A stretch of DNA of 64,000 bases, taken from assembly GCA_963674595.2 (NCBI GenBank), contig CAXXFV010000003.1:64001-128000 (forward strand). Reading direction: 5' to 3'. A program made the position numbers and the translations under genes. Positions 27,622 to 37,330 of the stretch are shown here, one piece after another (within the stretch, counting starts at the first letter, position 1; each line of letters begins with the position of its first letter). The notes under the pieces are model-generated. The model was not told where the DNA came from and made no database searches. It worked only from the letters and a program-made list of their open reading frames with translations. Origin of the DNA: a bacterium. GTDB taxonomy: Bacteria > Zhuqueibacterota > Zhuqueibacteria > Residuimicrobiales > Krinioviventaceae.

Positions 27622-29817
27622 ATGATAGCAGGAAAAATAAAACGAGTATTTATTGATAAAGGATATGGCTTCATTACATATGAAAAGGGCAAAAAAGTCT
27701 TTTTTCATATAAATGGCATGGTTAATCGAAATATTTTCAATTTATTAAGTGAAAACGATGAAGTTTTCTTTGAGGGGATAAAAAAAACAGCAAAAGGAGA
27801 AGAAGCTTTCAATATTTTTTGCGAAAAAAAAGATTTTGGTTCACAAATAGCTCAAAAAAAGACAAAACATAGATTTCGTAATCCTTATAATTTTGTTCGA
27901 TTTGATCCAACTCTAAATTATTCGTATAGCTATCGTCAAAATCCACTTAGATGCAATGATGACCAAATTTTATATGACGGATATATCAACGTAACAATGC
28001 AAATAAACTCTCCTCTTTTTTGCAGTGGGAAAGAAAGTAATCCCACTCATACGGGCCACAAATTATATGATTTCTACAAAATTGACGGAACACCAAGAAT
28101 CCCTGCAAGTTCATTGCGAGGTATGATTCGTAACGTATTTGAAACTATTACAAATTCTTGCATGTGTATGTTTGAAGGTCAACATTTAACAAGAAGAATG
28201 AGTGCTACGGAGGCACAAAAAATGATTCCCGCGATCGTCGAAGAAGATCATAATCATAAGACCTTACACGCACGTCTTTTGAGAGGACACGTGAAAAAAA
28301 ACGAACAAAATCATAGCCTACAGTTCGCTGCATGGTATAAAATGTATCATCGGCATGATACTGTAGGTTCAACAAATGGCATTCAACATGGCGATAAATG
28401 CTGGGCCGTAATCGAGAACAAACCGGTATTAAAAGAGAAAGGGAGAAACAAGTTTTATTATTGGAAAGTACGTGATATCCATCCAAAGACGATGGATCAA
28501 TCAAGTATTAGTTACAACTTGAACGAATGCTTTCTTGTTAATGGTTATTTTTTCAAATCAAATAACAATATTAATAGGAAACATGACGAGAGAATATTTT
28601 TTGATTTGGGAGAAACGCCTAAATCATTACCTTTAGAATCTGGAATACTCGATGAATATGAAACTGTATTAAATGATTACATCCGACGACATAGCGACGA
28701 TATTGAGAAACGGAGTGAAAGCAGTTATCCTTGCAAACCCGATCAAGCCGACGAAAAACATAAAGCTATTAGCCATTTTATAATCAGTAAAAAAACTAAA
28801 TTACAGAATGGTGATCTGATATACGTTGCAGTTGATAACGTAAAGGATCCAACCTCAATCAAATTTGTTGCTCCTGTTTCCATCGCTCGTCTTTTATTTG
28901 ATAACTCTATTGAAGATATATTAGATAGCTCTTATCCTGACTTAAGAAGCTGTGATTTTTTTAATACTTCGAATAACTTTGAAAATCTTAAATTATGTCC
29001 TGCATGCAGAACTTTTGGATGGGTTCGCACTAAAAATTCCGCCTCTAATGCCATATCATCATGTGGAAGCAAAATATTTTTTGATGATGGCAAAATAACT
29101 GATGCTGAATTTTTAGATGAAATTACTCTTCCTATCTTAGGCCAGCCGAAACCTACAACTCAACCATTTTATTTGTTAACAAAAGATGGAAAAGAATCAT
29201 TTTCAGTCGACTATAACATATACAAGAGTCAACTTAGAGGAAGAAAATACTACTGGCATCAAGAGAAGTTAAATAAATCAGAATATTCTATCAGAAAACG
29301 AGGAATTCAAAACAGAACAATAAAAAATATTATCCAAAAAGGGAAAATAAAATTTCGAGTTCGTTTTAATGATTTGAGCGATTTTGAGTTAGGTGCACTT
29401 TTGTATGCTATAAAACTCGAAAAAGGCTGGCAGCACAGCCTTGGACTTGCCAAGCCTCTTGGATTCGGTTCTTTAGAAGCAACAGAGTTAAAATTGTATT
29501 TAAAAAACGATGAATATTATCACAGTTTTACAAAATCTCTCAAATCTGAAAAAGATGAATTTGTTACACAAAAAATCAACACATTTAATGAAAAATATAA
29601 AACTATATTTGGAAAACTCTTTTCGGAAACGATAACTTTTCTTGATCTTAAACAGCTATTAGGAAATCCTCAGAGTGTAGCAGTTCATTATCCTAGAACA
29701 ACTGACACACTAGACGAAAACGGTAAACAATTCAAGTGGTTTATGGATAATAAGAATATATGGAAAAAAGCACTTCCGATAGCTGGAGATAAAACGGACT
29801 TTGACTTTGAGATTTAA
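27622..29817 (+). CDS. cas7: Large Cas7 RAMP with insertion and N-terminal cold-shock domain
   Basis: GKIK....KGYGFI....VFFH (CSD), FRNPYNFV, IPASSLRGMIR, CPACRTFG, LRGRKYYWH, LGLAKPLGFG. Confidence 0.88.
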   Translation: MIAGKIKRVFIDKGYGFITYEKGKKVFFHINGMVNRNIFNLLSENDEVFFEGIKKTAKGEEAFNIFCEKKDFGSQIAQKKTKHRFRNPYNFVRFDPTLNYSYSYRQNPLRCNDDQILYDGYINVTMQINSPLFCSGKESNPTHTGHKLYDFYKIDGTPRIPASSLRGMIRNVFETITNSCMCMFEGQHLTRRMSATEAQKMIPAIVEEDHNHKTLHARLLRGHVKKNEQNHSLQFAAWYKMYHRHDTVGSTNGIQHGDKCWAVIENKPVLKEKGRNKFYYWKVRDIHPKTMDQSSISYNLNECFLVNGYFFKSNNNINRKHDERIFFDLGETPKSLPLESGILDEYETVLNDYIRRHSDDIEKRSESSYPCKPDQADEKHKAISHFIISKKTKLQNGDLIYVAVDNVKDPTSIKFVAPVSIARLLFDNSIEDILDSSYPDLRSCDFFNTSNNFENLKLCPACRTFGWVRTKNSASNAISSCGSKIFFDDGKITDAEFLDEITLPILGQPKPTTQPFYLLTKDGKESFSVDYNIYKSQLRGRKYYWHQEKLNKSEYSIRKRGIQNRTIKNIIQKGKIKFRVRFNDLSDFELGALLYAIKLEKGWQHSLGLAKPLGFGSLEATELKLYLKNDEYYHSFTKSLKSEKDEFVTQKINTFNEKYKTIFGKLFSETITFLDLKQLLGNPQSVAVHYPRTTDTLDENGKQFKWFMDNKNIWKKALPIAGDKTDFDFEI

Positions 29818-29920
29818 AACTACTTATTTTTTATTGAAGACTAAAATATTATTCATTTGCATAAAAACATAGAAAGAAATCTAATAAAGAATATTTACTC
29901 CAGTAAAGAAAGAGTTATTT

Positions 29921-31019
29921 GTGAACACTTTTATTCTCTCACCCTGCGGTATTAGTATTTTGATCAACGAAGTTGATAGCACGCTGCGCAAATTGTTGAA
30001 TGAATATGCCAACGAACCGGAAATCAACAATGTGCCTAAAGAAGTACAGAAACGAATTGAGCAACTTGTAATTAACTTTGAGAAAAAAAAGAACACAATG
30101 GATATTCACAATATCCGCAACCTCTCAGCTGAACTTATTGGCATAATTCTTTATTATAATAACCAGCTTGAATTGAAAGATGACTATCATCTAATCTTAA
30201 GCACCGACACCTGGCTCGGCGAAGTGTGCGCTACCCTCATTCAAAAATGGCTGCTAAATAAAGGGGCTGTTTGCGAGATTTTTCGTCAACAAGGTTTACA
30301 AACGAGAAATGTTCAAGATTTCCACTACGCCCTATCCGAAATGGCACCCAAACTTTTTAAACGAATCAATGATTTCAAGACAGCGAAAAACAGGATTATT
30401 TTTAATCTAACAGCCGGATTCAAGGTGGTTGTCGGTTTTTTACAATCTCTTGGCATGCTACACGCAGGCGAGCTAATCTATGTCTTTGAATTTACTAGTC
30501 ATCCTATCCGTATGCCCAAGGTGCCAATCAATATAAGCGTAACGAAGTATATCCGAGAGTACCTGCAAACATTCAGAAAATTAATAAATGGACTGGAAAT
30601 ATCGGAGCCGGAAATAAAAAATGTACCGGAAACTATGATTTTAAAAATCGGTGATGAATATCTACTATCGACATGGGGCAATATTTTTATGACGGAAGCA
30701 AAAAATGAAAGATACACTAAGAAACTTTTACCGCCCATTTGTTCTAAAGTGCAATACTAGCCAAAATTTGAAAGGATTGTTACCAATCTTGAAAGCGAAA
30801 GAATTAGCATTCTAAACCATAGGCTCAACCAACAATGCAGGCTCTTTCAGAAGAACGATAATCCGACATCTTTAAGTTTCAGAGTTGAAAGGCAGGCCTG
30901 TTCCCGGACCAACACACGAATTTTACGCATGGTCGGATAAAGGTGCGGAACGCTATTTTGGCCATTTTGTAAATGATAAAAAAGTATTTATTATAAATAC
31001 ACTAGCAAAGCAATTGTAA
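29921..31019 (+). pseudogene. Cami1-like CARF-wHTH-RelE effector with disrupted RelE domain
   Basis: APE2256-type CARF (SPCGISIL, SAEL, STDT..G, FNLTAGFK, YVFE); after the TAG at 30758-30760 the reading continues PKFE..RLNQ..NPTSLSF then, frameshifted, LKGRP..PTHEFYAWSDKGAERYFGHF. Confidence 0.7.
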
Positions 31020-31032
31020 AAGGAGTCCCTAA

Positions 31033-31419
31033 ATGCCAATAGATACCACAATGTCCCCCCTCATTACCAACGTCTTCCCCTTCTCCCTCGTGCGTCGAAA
31101 AATGTTAGCCGAACCGATAGAGATGGATGATGTAATTAAAATGACTAAGGCAGGACAATTTAAATCTGCGTGGGGACATAAAAATACAATTACGGCTGTG
31201 AATAATGTTCTGGGAGTTGATATTACACCAAAAGAAGATCGACCCGCATTAGTACTGGATGAAAACAATTTTCCAACACTCTATGGCATTAAATTTAGTA
31301 CAGTTATAATAATTAGCCCCAATTTTATGCCTGGCTTTAGACCAGCAATTGGTGAGGAAGTATGTGAAAAAAAAATAAAGAGCTGGACAGCTTTAAAACT
31401 AAATTTTGACGTAAAATAA
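31033..31419 (+). CDS. DUF1874/AcrIII-1-like (Crn2-type) ring nuclease candidate
   Basis: N.FP.SL, SAWGH.NT...N..LG, DRP, R...GE pattern parallels the AcrIII-1 NAFS/GH.ST/NR/RL.EG motifs. Confidence 0.6.
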   Translation: MPIDTTMSPLITNVFPFSLVRRKMLAEPIEMDDVIKMTKAGQFKSAWGHKNTITAVNNVLGVDITPKEDRPALVLDENNFPTLYGIKFSTVIIISPNFMPGFRPAIGEEVCEKKIKSWTALKLNFDVK

Positions 31420-31529
31420 AATCACTCATTCTCGGTCTTGTAAAGCAATAATGCTTTTTTTATATTCAATAATAAATAATAGAATAGATTTTATTCTCAA
31501 CCAAAATCCACATTAATGGAGCCTATATT

Positions 31530-32261
31530 ATGAAATTCCTTAACGGCTTATTTCTACTCATTTTTGCTATTATAATTGGTCTTCTTTTTTGGTTTCCAGT
31601 ATTTTGGTTTAGCGATTCATTCTTAAATCATATGGACAAAGCAGGTATTATTCTCGGCTATGGTTTATCATGTTTCAGTATTGCTTTAGGAGCAATTGCC
31701 TGGTTTAAAAGACGTGATATACGGATATGGGCATTTCGTAAAAAATTTGAAAACGTTGGTGAAGAGTTCGATTTAGATAAAGAACTAGTTGACGCAATGG
31801 TCATTCCAGTAAGCCCTCACCCCGATCAGCCAGAATGGATACTCCGATGGCTAAAACCCAAACACGTATCTTTTCTTTATACAGACCAAAGTCAATCGGT
31901 AGCTCAAAAACTGGCGGATGAGTTTTCCAAACCGCCATATAATATAAATTTTTATCCAAACTCGAAAGATATTGAACTTGGTAAGCACAAAATAGAATCA
32001 CCTGACAAACCGGAAATTACTAAAAGCATATCAAAACTATTATTAAACAGGTTGCTTGAGAAAGATTTAGATAGAGCCAAAATTATTGTAGATACAACCG
32101 GTGGTAAAGTACCAATGTCAATTGGAGCGTTTCAGGCTGCCGAAGAATTAAATATTTCATCTATATATGTAATTGGAAGAGGTAAAAACGGATGGATCGA
32201 AAAGCCCAAGAATCGAGAGGACGGTGTCCCAAAATTTATGAGTGACCATACTGAGTTCTAA
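31530..32261 (+). CDS. Transmembrane-CARF effector (Cam-like)
   Basis: Two N-terminal TM helices; CARF motifs VIPVS, FLYT..S, VDTTGGKVPMSIG. Confidence 0.8.
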   Translation: MKFLNGLFLLIFAIIIGLLFWFPVFWFSDSFLNHMDKAGIILGYGLSCFSIALGAIAWFKRRDIRIWAFRKKFENVGEEFDLDKELVDAMVIPVSPHPDQPEWILRWLKPKHVSFLYTDQSQSVAQKLADEFSKPPYNINFYPNSKDIELGKHKIESPDKPEITKSISKLLLNRLLEKDLDRAKIIVDTTGGKVPMSIGAFQAAEELNISSIYVIGRGKNGWIEKPKNREDGVPKFMSDHTEF

Positions 32262-32283
32262 GAATCAATCATAGGAGTTCACT

Positions 32284-33390
32284 ATGCCAAAATATACACA
32301 TACCAAAGTTAAACGAAGGGGTAAAATAGACGGCCGTGACTGGAAATACAGTTTTTGGCCGTTTAAAATAGACAAACCACAGGAGCCAAATCCCGACCAG
32401 GAACAACCGGCCCAGTTTGAAAATGAACTTTTAAAAGCAGCTGAAAACGACATATCGAAGGAGAAAGAAAACTGGGTAGATGTGGACAAAAAATTGAAAA
32501 CTGAATATTGTCAAAGTTTACAAAGGCTTGAGCATGCGAACAAAAATTATATCAAAGAATCTGAAGAAGCAAAAGTGGCAAAAATAGATTTTGAGAAAGC
32601 AAAGGCAAAATATGAGGAATTTACTCTCCCTCCTTTATCAGAAAAATGGCGCAATAGTTGGTTGTTTGTAATTGCCATTGGCGAGTTCCCGCTCAACAGC
32701 ATTGTATTTCAATTGTTTGGAGCAAGCAGATTTGACACCTACCTCATGTCGTTAATACTCTGTATTGCCATTCCATTTTTGGGCCATGCATGGGGCGAAG
32801 CATTAAAACAGGATCATAAAACTGGAGGTGACAAAGGATTTGTACTGGGCATTCCGATTGTAATACTCTTTATTTTAGGTGCAATTGCGTTTATTAGAGC
32901 TAAATTCTTCGAGGCAATGGACACAATGGAATTGATGGGTGTAGAAATCACACCTATTCAAATGACAATTCTTTTTATCATAATAAACATTGGTATATTT
33001 TTGCTGGCTGTTATCATTTCATACGAGGCCAGCCATTCGAATAAAAAACAATATAAATCTGTTTGCTTTAGATACAAAGCGGCATTAAAATCGCTTGAAA
33101 AAGAGGCCACAGAAGCAACACAGGCGGGGCAGGCGTTAGCCCATGCAGAAACAGAATTCCAAACTGCTAGGCAAACAAGGGCTAAAACACATGAGAAATA
33201 CCTGCAAAAAGCAAACACCATTGTGGATTACACAGAGTGGCTTATTACAACATACAGGGCTGCAAATATGAAAGATCGTAAAATTATCCCACCATGTTTC
33301 AAGGAAGAACCTAAAATTCCTGCTATACCAAACGATTTATATGAATTAGACTGGAACTGTCCAAAATGGTTAAGCGGAGAAGAATTATGA
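32284..33390 (+). CDS. Coiled-coil, four-TM membrane protein of unknown function
   Basis: Four hydrophobic segments flanked by coiled coils; ATGA overlap with the next gene. Confidence 0.75.
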   Translation: MPKYTHTKVKRRGKIDGRDWKYSFWPFKIDKPQEPNPDQEQPAQFENELLKAAENDISKEKENWVDVDKKLKTEYCQSLQRLEHANKNYIKESEEAKVAKIDFEKAKAKYEEFTLPPLSEKWRNSWLFVIAIGEFPLNSIVFQLFGASRFDTYLMSLILCIAIPFLGHAWGEALKQDHKTGGDKGFVLGIPIVILFILGAIAFIRAKFFEAMDTMELMGVEITPIQMTILFIIINIGIFLLAVIISYEASHSNKKQYKSVCFRYKAALKSLEKEATEATQAGQALAHAETEFQTARQTRAKTHEKYLQKANTIVDYTEWLITTYRAANMKDRKIIPPCFKEEPKIPAIPNDLYELDWNCPKWLSGEEL

Positions 33391-34133
33391 AAAAATTATA
33401 TTCTGTTTTATTGCCACTTTTGCTCATTTCATGTTCTGGTCAAAAAACAGGTTCGAATAATAACAAATGTGTTTGTATATTGTTTGATCTCTCACTATCG
33501 ACACAATCGGACCAAATAAGAGATAACTATATGCTGGAATTGAGTAAAGTAATGGAGAAAATTGATCCTGGTGACGTGTTTATTGCAGCTCTTATTACAG
33601 GTCATTCAATAAGCGAACTTGAGTTTTGTGTTCAATACGAATTCAAATCATTTAATCCAACAAATGATAATGAATTACTTAGAAAAGCAGAATTGACAAA
33701 ATATCTAAAACAGCAATCAGTTACTAAAGACTCGCTTATTTCTATTATTGATTCTACACTACATAAAAAAATACGAATATTAAAAACAGAAATTATGGGT
33801 GCTTTGGATGTAGCAGCCCGTACATTTCGAAATTATAATATGTCCAAAAATGTATTGGTTGTTTTCTCTGATATGCTTGAAGATTCCCAATTTTACAAAT
33901 TTGAAAAAGAAAACTTAACATCCAAAAGAATTGCAGCAATAATAAATAATGAAAAATCCTGTGAACGCTTGCCAAGTCTTCAAGATGTGAAAATTTATGT
34001 AACAGGTGCCATGTCGAAGAACAGAAAACAGTTTTTAGCCGTTAGAAATTTTTGGATGAATTATTTTTCCGAATGTGGTGCATTACTGTCAGAAGACCAC
34101 TATGGCAGCATACTCATAAGATTTGATGAATGA
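33387..34133 (+). CDS. Lipoprotein with vWA-like domain
   Basis: MKK..LLISC lipobox; MIDAS-like DLSLS, T (KTEI), VFSDM. Confidence 0.75.
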   Translation: MKKLYSVLLPLLLISCSGQKTGSNNNKCVCILFDLSLSTQSDQIRDNYMLELSKVMEKIDPGDVFIAALITGHSISELEFCVQYEFKSFNPTNDNELLRKAELTKYLKQQSVTKDSLISIIDSTLHKKIRILKTEIMGALDVAARTFRNYNMSKNVLVVFSDMLEDSQFYKFEKENLTSKRIAAIINNEKSCERLPSLQDVKIYVTGAMSKNRKQFLAVRNFWMNYFSECGALLSEDHYGSILIRFDE

Positions 34134-34139
34134 TTAGAA

Positions 34140-35117
34140 TTGAAACCAACTATGCATCTACTTCCAATAGAAAAAATGCCGTTTAAATTTGCAGTTGTCA
34201 ATATGCAATTACAAGTACAATCGCCACTGTTTTTCAACAAGTATCCGGGTTTTATTTTGCGGAGTGGATTTGGTGCAGCTTTAAAAGAACTCTGTAGATA
34301 CGATTCAAGGCACATACCTTGTAACCAATGCCGGTTGGTGGACAGTTGCCCATATTCCTATATTTTTGAAACATATAATCCACAAGAACGCAAAATAGAT
34401 TTTAATGCAGAAAAATTTCCGCATCCATTTGTGTTTTATTTGCATGAAATTGATAATAAATATTTTCCATCAGGTTCAACATTAAATATAACTTTAACAT
34501 TGTTTGGAAATGGAATAGATTATTTGTTATTTTACATTTATGCCTTTGACGTTTTAGGAGAAATGGGTCTGGGGCCAAAACGTGGTAAATTTATGCTTAC
34601 CAAAGTTTCCGATCATTTTACAGGGAAATCTCTCTATGAAGCGCAAAGTAAAACGGTTTTAGAAAATCCTCATGCTATTACTTTGAACGATTTGGAACCT
34701 AATTTAAAAAAAATTAAGAATAGTAAAATTTTATTTATTATACCTACCACAATCGCTAAAAATAACAGAACAATAGATACACTAACATCAGAAATATTTA
34801 TACGCAGTTTACTTCGTCGGGCGTCGTTGCTTGCCAAACTGCATACCAGCAATAAATGGGAACTGGATTATATAAAAGTAATTGACAAATTTTGTAATAA
34901 AGTAGATATTAAAGAGTCACAACTGGTTGTGAAGCCTTATGACATATATTCATCAAGACAAGGCCGCTCACGTTTAATACATGCATTTAAAGGAAGTGCA
35001 TTAATAAAGGGAGAATTGACTCCATTTTGGCCTTTGTTAAAATTAGGTTCTTTTATGCATATTGGCAACAGCACAAGCCAAGGATTTGGTAAATATGAAC
35101 TTGCAGTGATTGAATAA
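34140..35117 (+). CDS. cas6: Cas6 crRNA processing endoribonuclease
   Basis: GFILRSGFG, C..C....CPY, PHPFV, GLG..RG, HIGNSTSQGFG. Confidence 0.92.
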   Translation: MKPTMHLLPIEKMPFKFAVVNMQLQVQSPLFFNKYPGFILRSGFGAALKELCRYDSRHIPCNQCRLVDSCPYSYIFETYNPQERKIDFNAEKFPHPFVFYLHEIDNKYFPSGSTLNITLTLFGNGIDYLLFYIYAFDVLGEMGLGPKRGKFMLTKVSDHFTGKSLYEAQSKTVLENPHAITLNDLEPNLKKIKNSKILFIIPTTIAKNNRTIDTLTSEIFIRSLLRRASLLAKLHTSNKWELDYIKVIDKFCNKVDIKESQLVVKPYDIYSSRQGRSRLIHAFKGSALIKGELTPFWPLLKLGSFMHIGNSTSQGFGKYELAVIE

Positions 35118-35127
35118 TATTTTCTAT

Positions 35128-35334
35128 AAAAAACCATTTACTCAAAACGCCCTTAAAAAGGGGTAGTATAGAGTAAAAGCTGTAGTTTCATTAAAATAAA
35201 GGCACTTAGGGCAGTTTTTTGTTGATTTTTACCCCGAAAAATAGCATAAAAAAAGTTCGAAAAACGTCAAATTTTCGAGAATATGGTTTTGCACAACTTA
35301 ACCTATTGTTATTAAAGGGCAAATCAAGGCAGCT
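35128..35334 (+). promoter_or_regulatory. Leader of CRISPR array 2
   Basis: Near-identical to 44111-44317. Confidence 0.85.
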
Positions 35335-36170
35335 GTCGGAATACTACCCAGGACTAATACTGGATTGAGACATAGCTATATACTGCTTGAAAAATCTTTG
35401 ACTCGCCGGGTCGGAATACTACCCAGGACTAATACTGGATTGAGACATTGGCTATTTCAATTAGATTATCAAAGTAACCTATTTGTCGGAATACTACCCA
35501 GGACTAATACTGGATTGAGACATCTTTAATAAAACTCCTTTACCAGTGTAGTCTCCCTCCGTCGGAATACTACCCAGGACTAATACTGGATTGAGACTTT
35601 AAAAATCTATTTTTGCCATCTCCGCAGCATCTCCGTCGGAATACTACCCAGGACTAATACTGGATTGAGACATTATAACCGGGTAAGCCAGGAAGATCAG
35701 TGGCGACCAGTCGGAATACTACCCAGGACTAATACTGGATTGAGACTTTTCAATAAGCAAACTCGTTGGCATTTGGATTTTTGATGTCGGAATACTACCC
35801 AGGACTAATACTGGATTGAGACAACATCTGAGAAACTATTGTAAGAAATGCCCAAATAATGTCGGAATACTACCCAGGACTAATACTGGATTGAGACTTT
35901 TTTCACATCTCTTTCAATTTGCCCACGTTGTGCAGTCGGAATACTACCCAGGACTAATACTGGATTGAGACAATTAAAGTGTAGAGCCACGAATGCGTGT
36001 CATGTAATGTCGGAATACTACCCAGGACTAATACTGGATTGAGACTTTATTTTTTTTGGAAGATTTCCAGGGCCACATAATGCGTCGGAATACTACCCAG
36101 GACTAATACTGGATTGAGACAGAATTCATATCCGTGAAATTGCAATAAAAAAATGGACACCTAGTTAAGT

Positions 36171-36992
36171 TTAAGCTGCTTTATTAAATTTTAAGAATTG
36201 TACTGGTGACATATTGCCCAAAAAGGAATGAATTCTTTTTCGGTTGTAAAATATTTCAATATATTCAAATATTGATTGCTTCGCAATTAATCGTGTTTCA
36301 TAAGTATGATGATAAATCAGTTCTTTTTTCAAAGTACCAAAAAAGCTTTCAGCAACAGCGTTGTCGTAGCAGTTTCCTTTTCCGGACATACTTTGGACCA
36401 TTTGAAAAAGAGCTAACATTTTTCTGAATTCTTTACATGCATATTGAACACCACGGTCCGAATGAAAAATCAAATCTGTTGAAGGACGAAAACGATGATA
36501 TGCATGTTTTAGGGCCGGGATTGTTGTTGAAGAAGCATGCAGGTTGTTACTCATGGCCCAGCCGACAACCTGGCGATTGTATAAATCAATGATCACTGTC
36601 AGGTACAACCATCCTTTGCGAGTCGGGATGTATGTAATATCAGAAACCCAGACTTTATTGGGTTGATTGACTGTAAAATTCTGTTGTAAAAGATTTGGTG
36701 ATATTGGCAGTCTGTGATCACTATTTGTGGTTACTTTGAATTTACGTTTTGTTTTTGCACAAATTTTGTTCTTTCTCATTAAACGAGCAACACGCGGACG
36801 GCTGACAATCAAGTTTTCCTTATGTAACTCTTGTGTTATTCTGGGACTGCCATAGCTTCCTCTGGATTCCTTGTGGATATGTTTGATCCGTTCAAGTATC
36901 TTTTTGTTTTCCAGTTCTCGTTGACTCATTGGTCGCTTGCTCCAGGTATAAAACCCGCCCCGGCTGACATTGAGAACCTGGCACATTTTCAC
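36171..36992 (-). CDS. IS3 OrfB DDE transposase
   Basis: YGSPRI, WVSDITY, FHSDRGVQY, GNCYDNAVAESFF. Confidence 0.95.
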   Translation of the reverse strand: MKMCQVLNVSRGGFYTWSKRPMSQRELENKKILERIKHIHKESRGSYGSPRITQELHKENLIVSRPRVARLMRKNKICAKTKRKFKVTTNSDHRLPISPNLLQQNFTVNQPNKVWVSDITYIPTRKGWLYLTVIIDLYNRQVVGWAMSNNLHASSTTIPALKHAYHRFRPSTDLIFHSDRGVQYACKEFRKMLALFQMVQSMSGKGNCYDNAVAESFFGTLKKELIYHHTYETRLIAKQSIFEYIEIFYNRKRIHSFLGNMSPVQFLKFNKAA

Positions 36993-37033
36993 TATTGGGA
37001 ATTCCTGTTGATGCTTTTGGATAAACCCAAACT

Positions 37034-37330
37034 TTAATGGGACGGTTTTGAGAAAATGGCCACAGCTTTTTTTAATATATCCCGCTCCAGTTTTACGTCT
37101 GCAAGTTCTTTACGCAGTTTCTGTATTTCATCACTTTCTTTGCTGTTCCCTAGTCCTGGAAAGGAATGTTCTTTATCAATTTTGTATTCTCGAACCCACT
37201 TGGAGAGAAGGTTAGGCTCAATACCAAGATTTCTGGCAACTTCTGAAGCATTACCATTGCTTTTAGAAAGTACAAGCTGAACAGCTTCTATTTTGAATTC
37301 TTTTGTGTAACGTCGTCTTCTGTTTGTCAT
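37034..37330 (-). CDS. IS3 OrfA
   Basis: RRRYTKEFKIEAV..VARNLGI..W, ERDILKKA. Confidence 0.93.
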   Translation of the reverse strand: MTNRRRRYTKEFKIEAVQLVLSKSNGNASEVARNLGIEPNLLSKWVREYKIDKEHSFPGLGNSKESDEIQKLRKELADVKLERDILKKAVAIFSKPSH

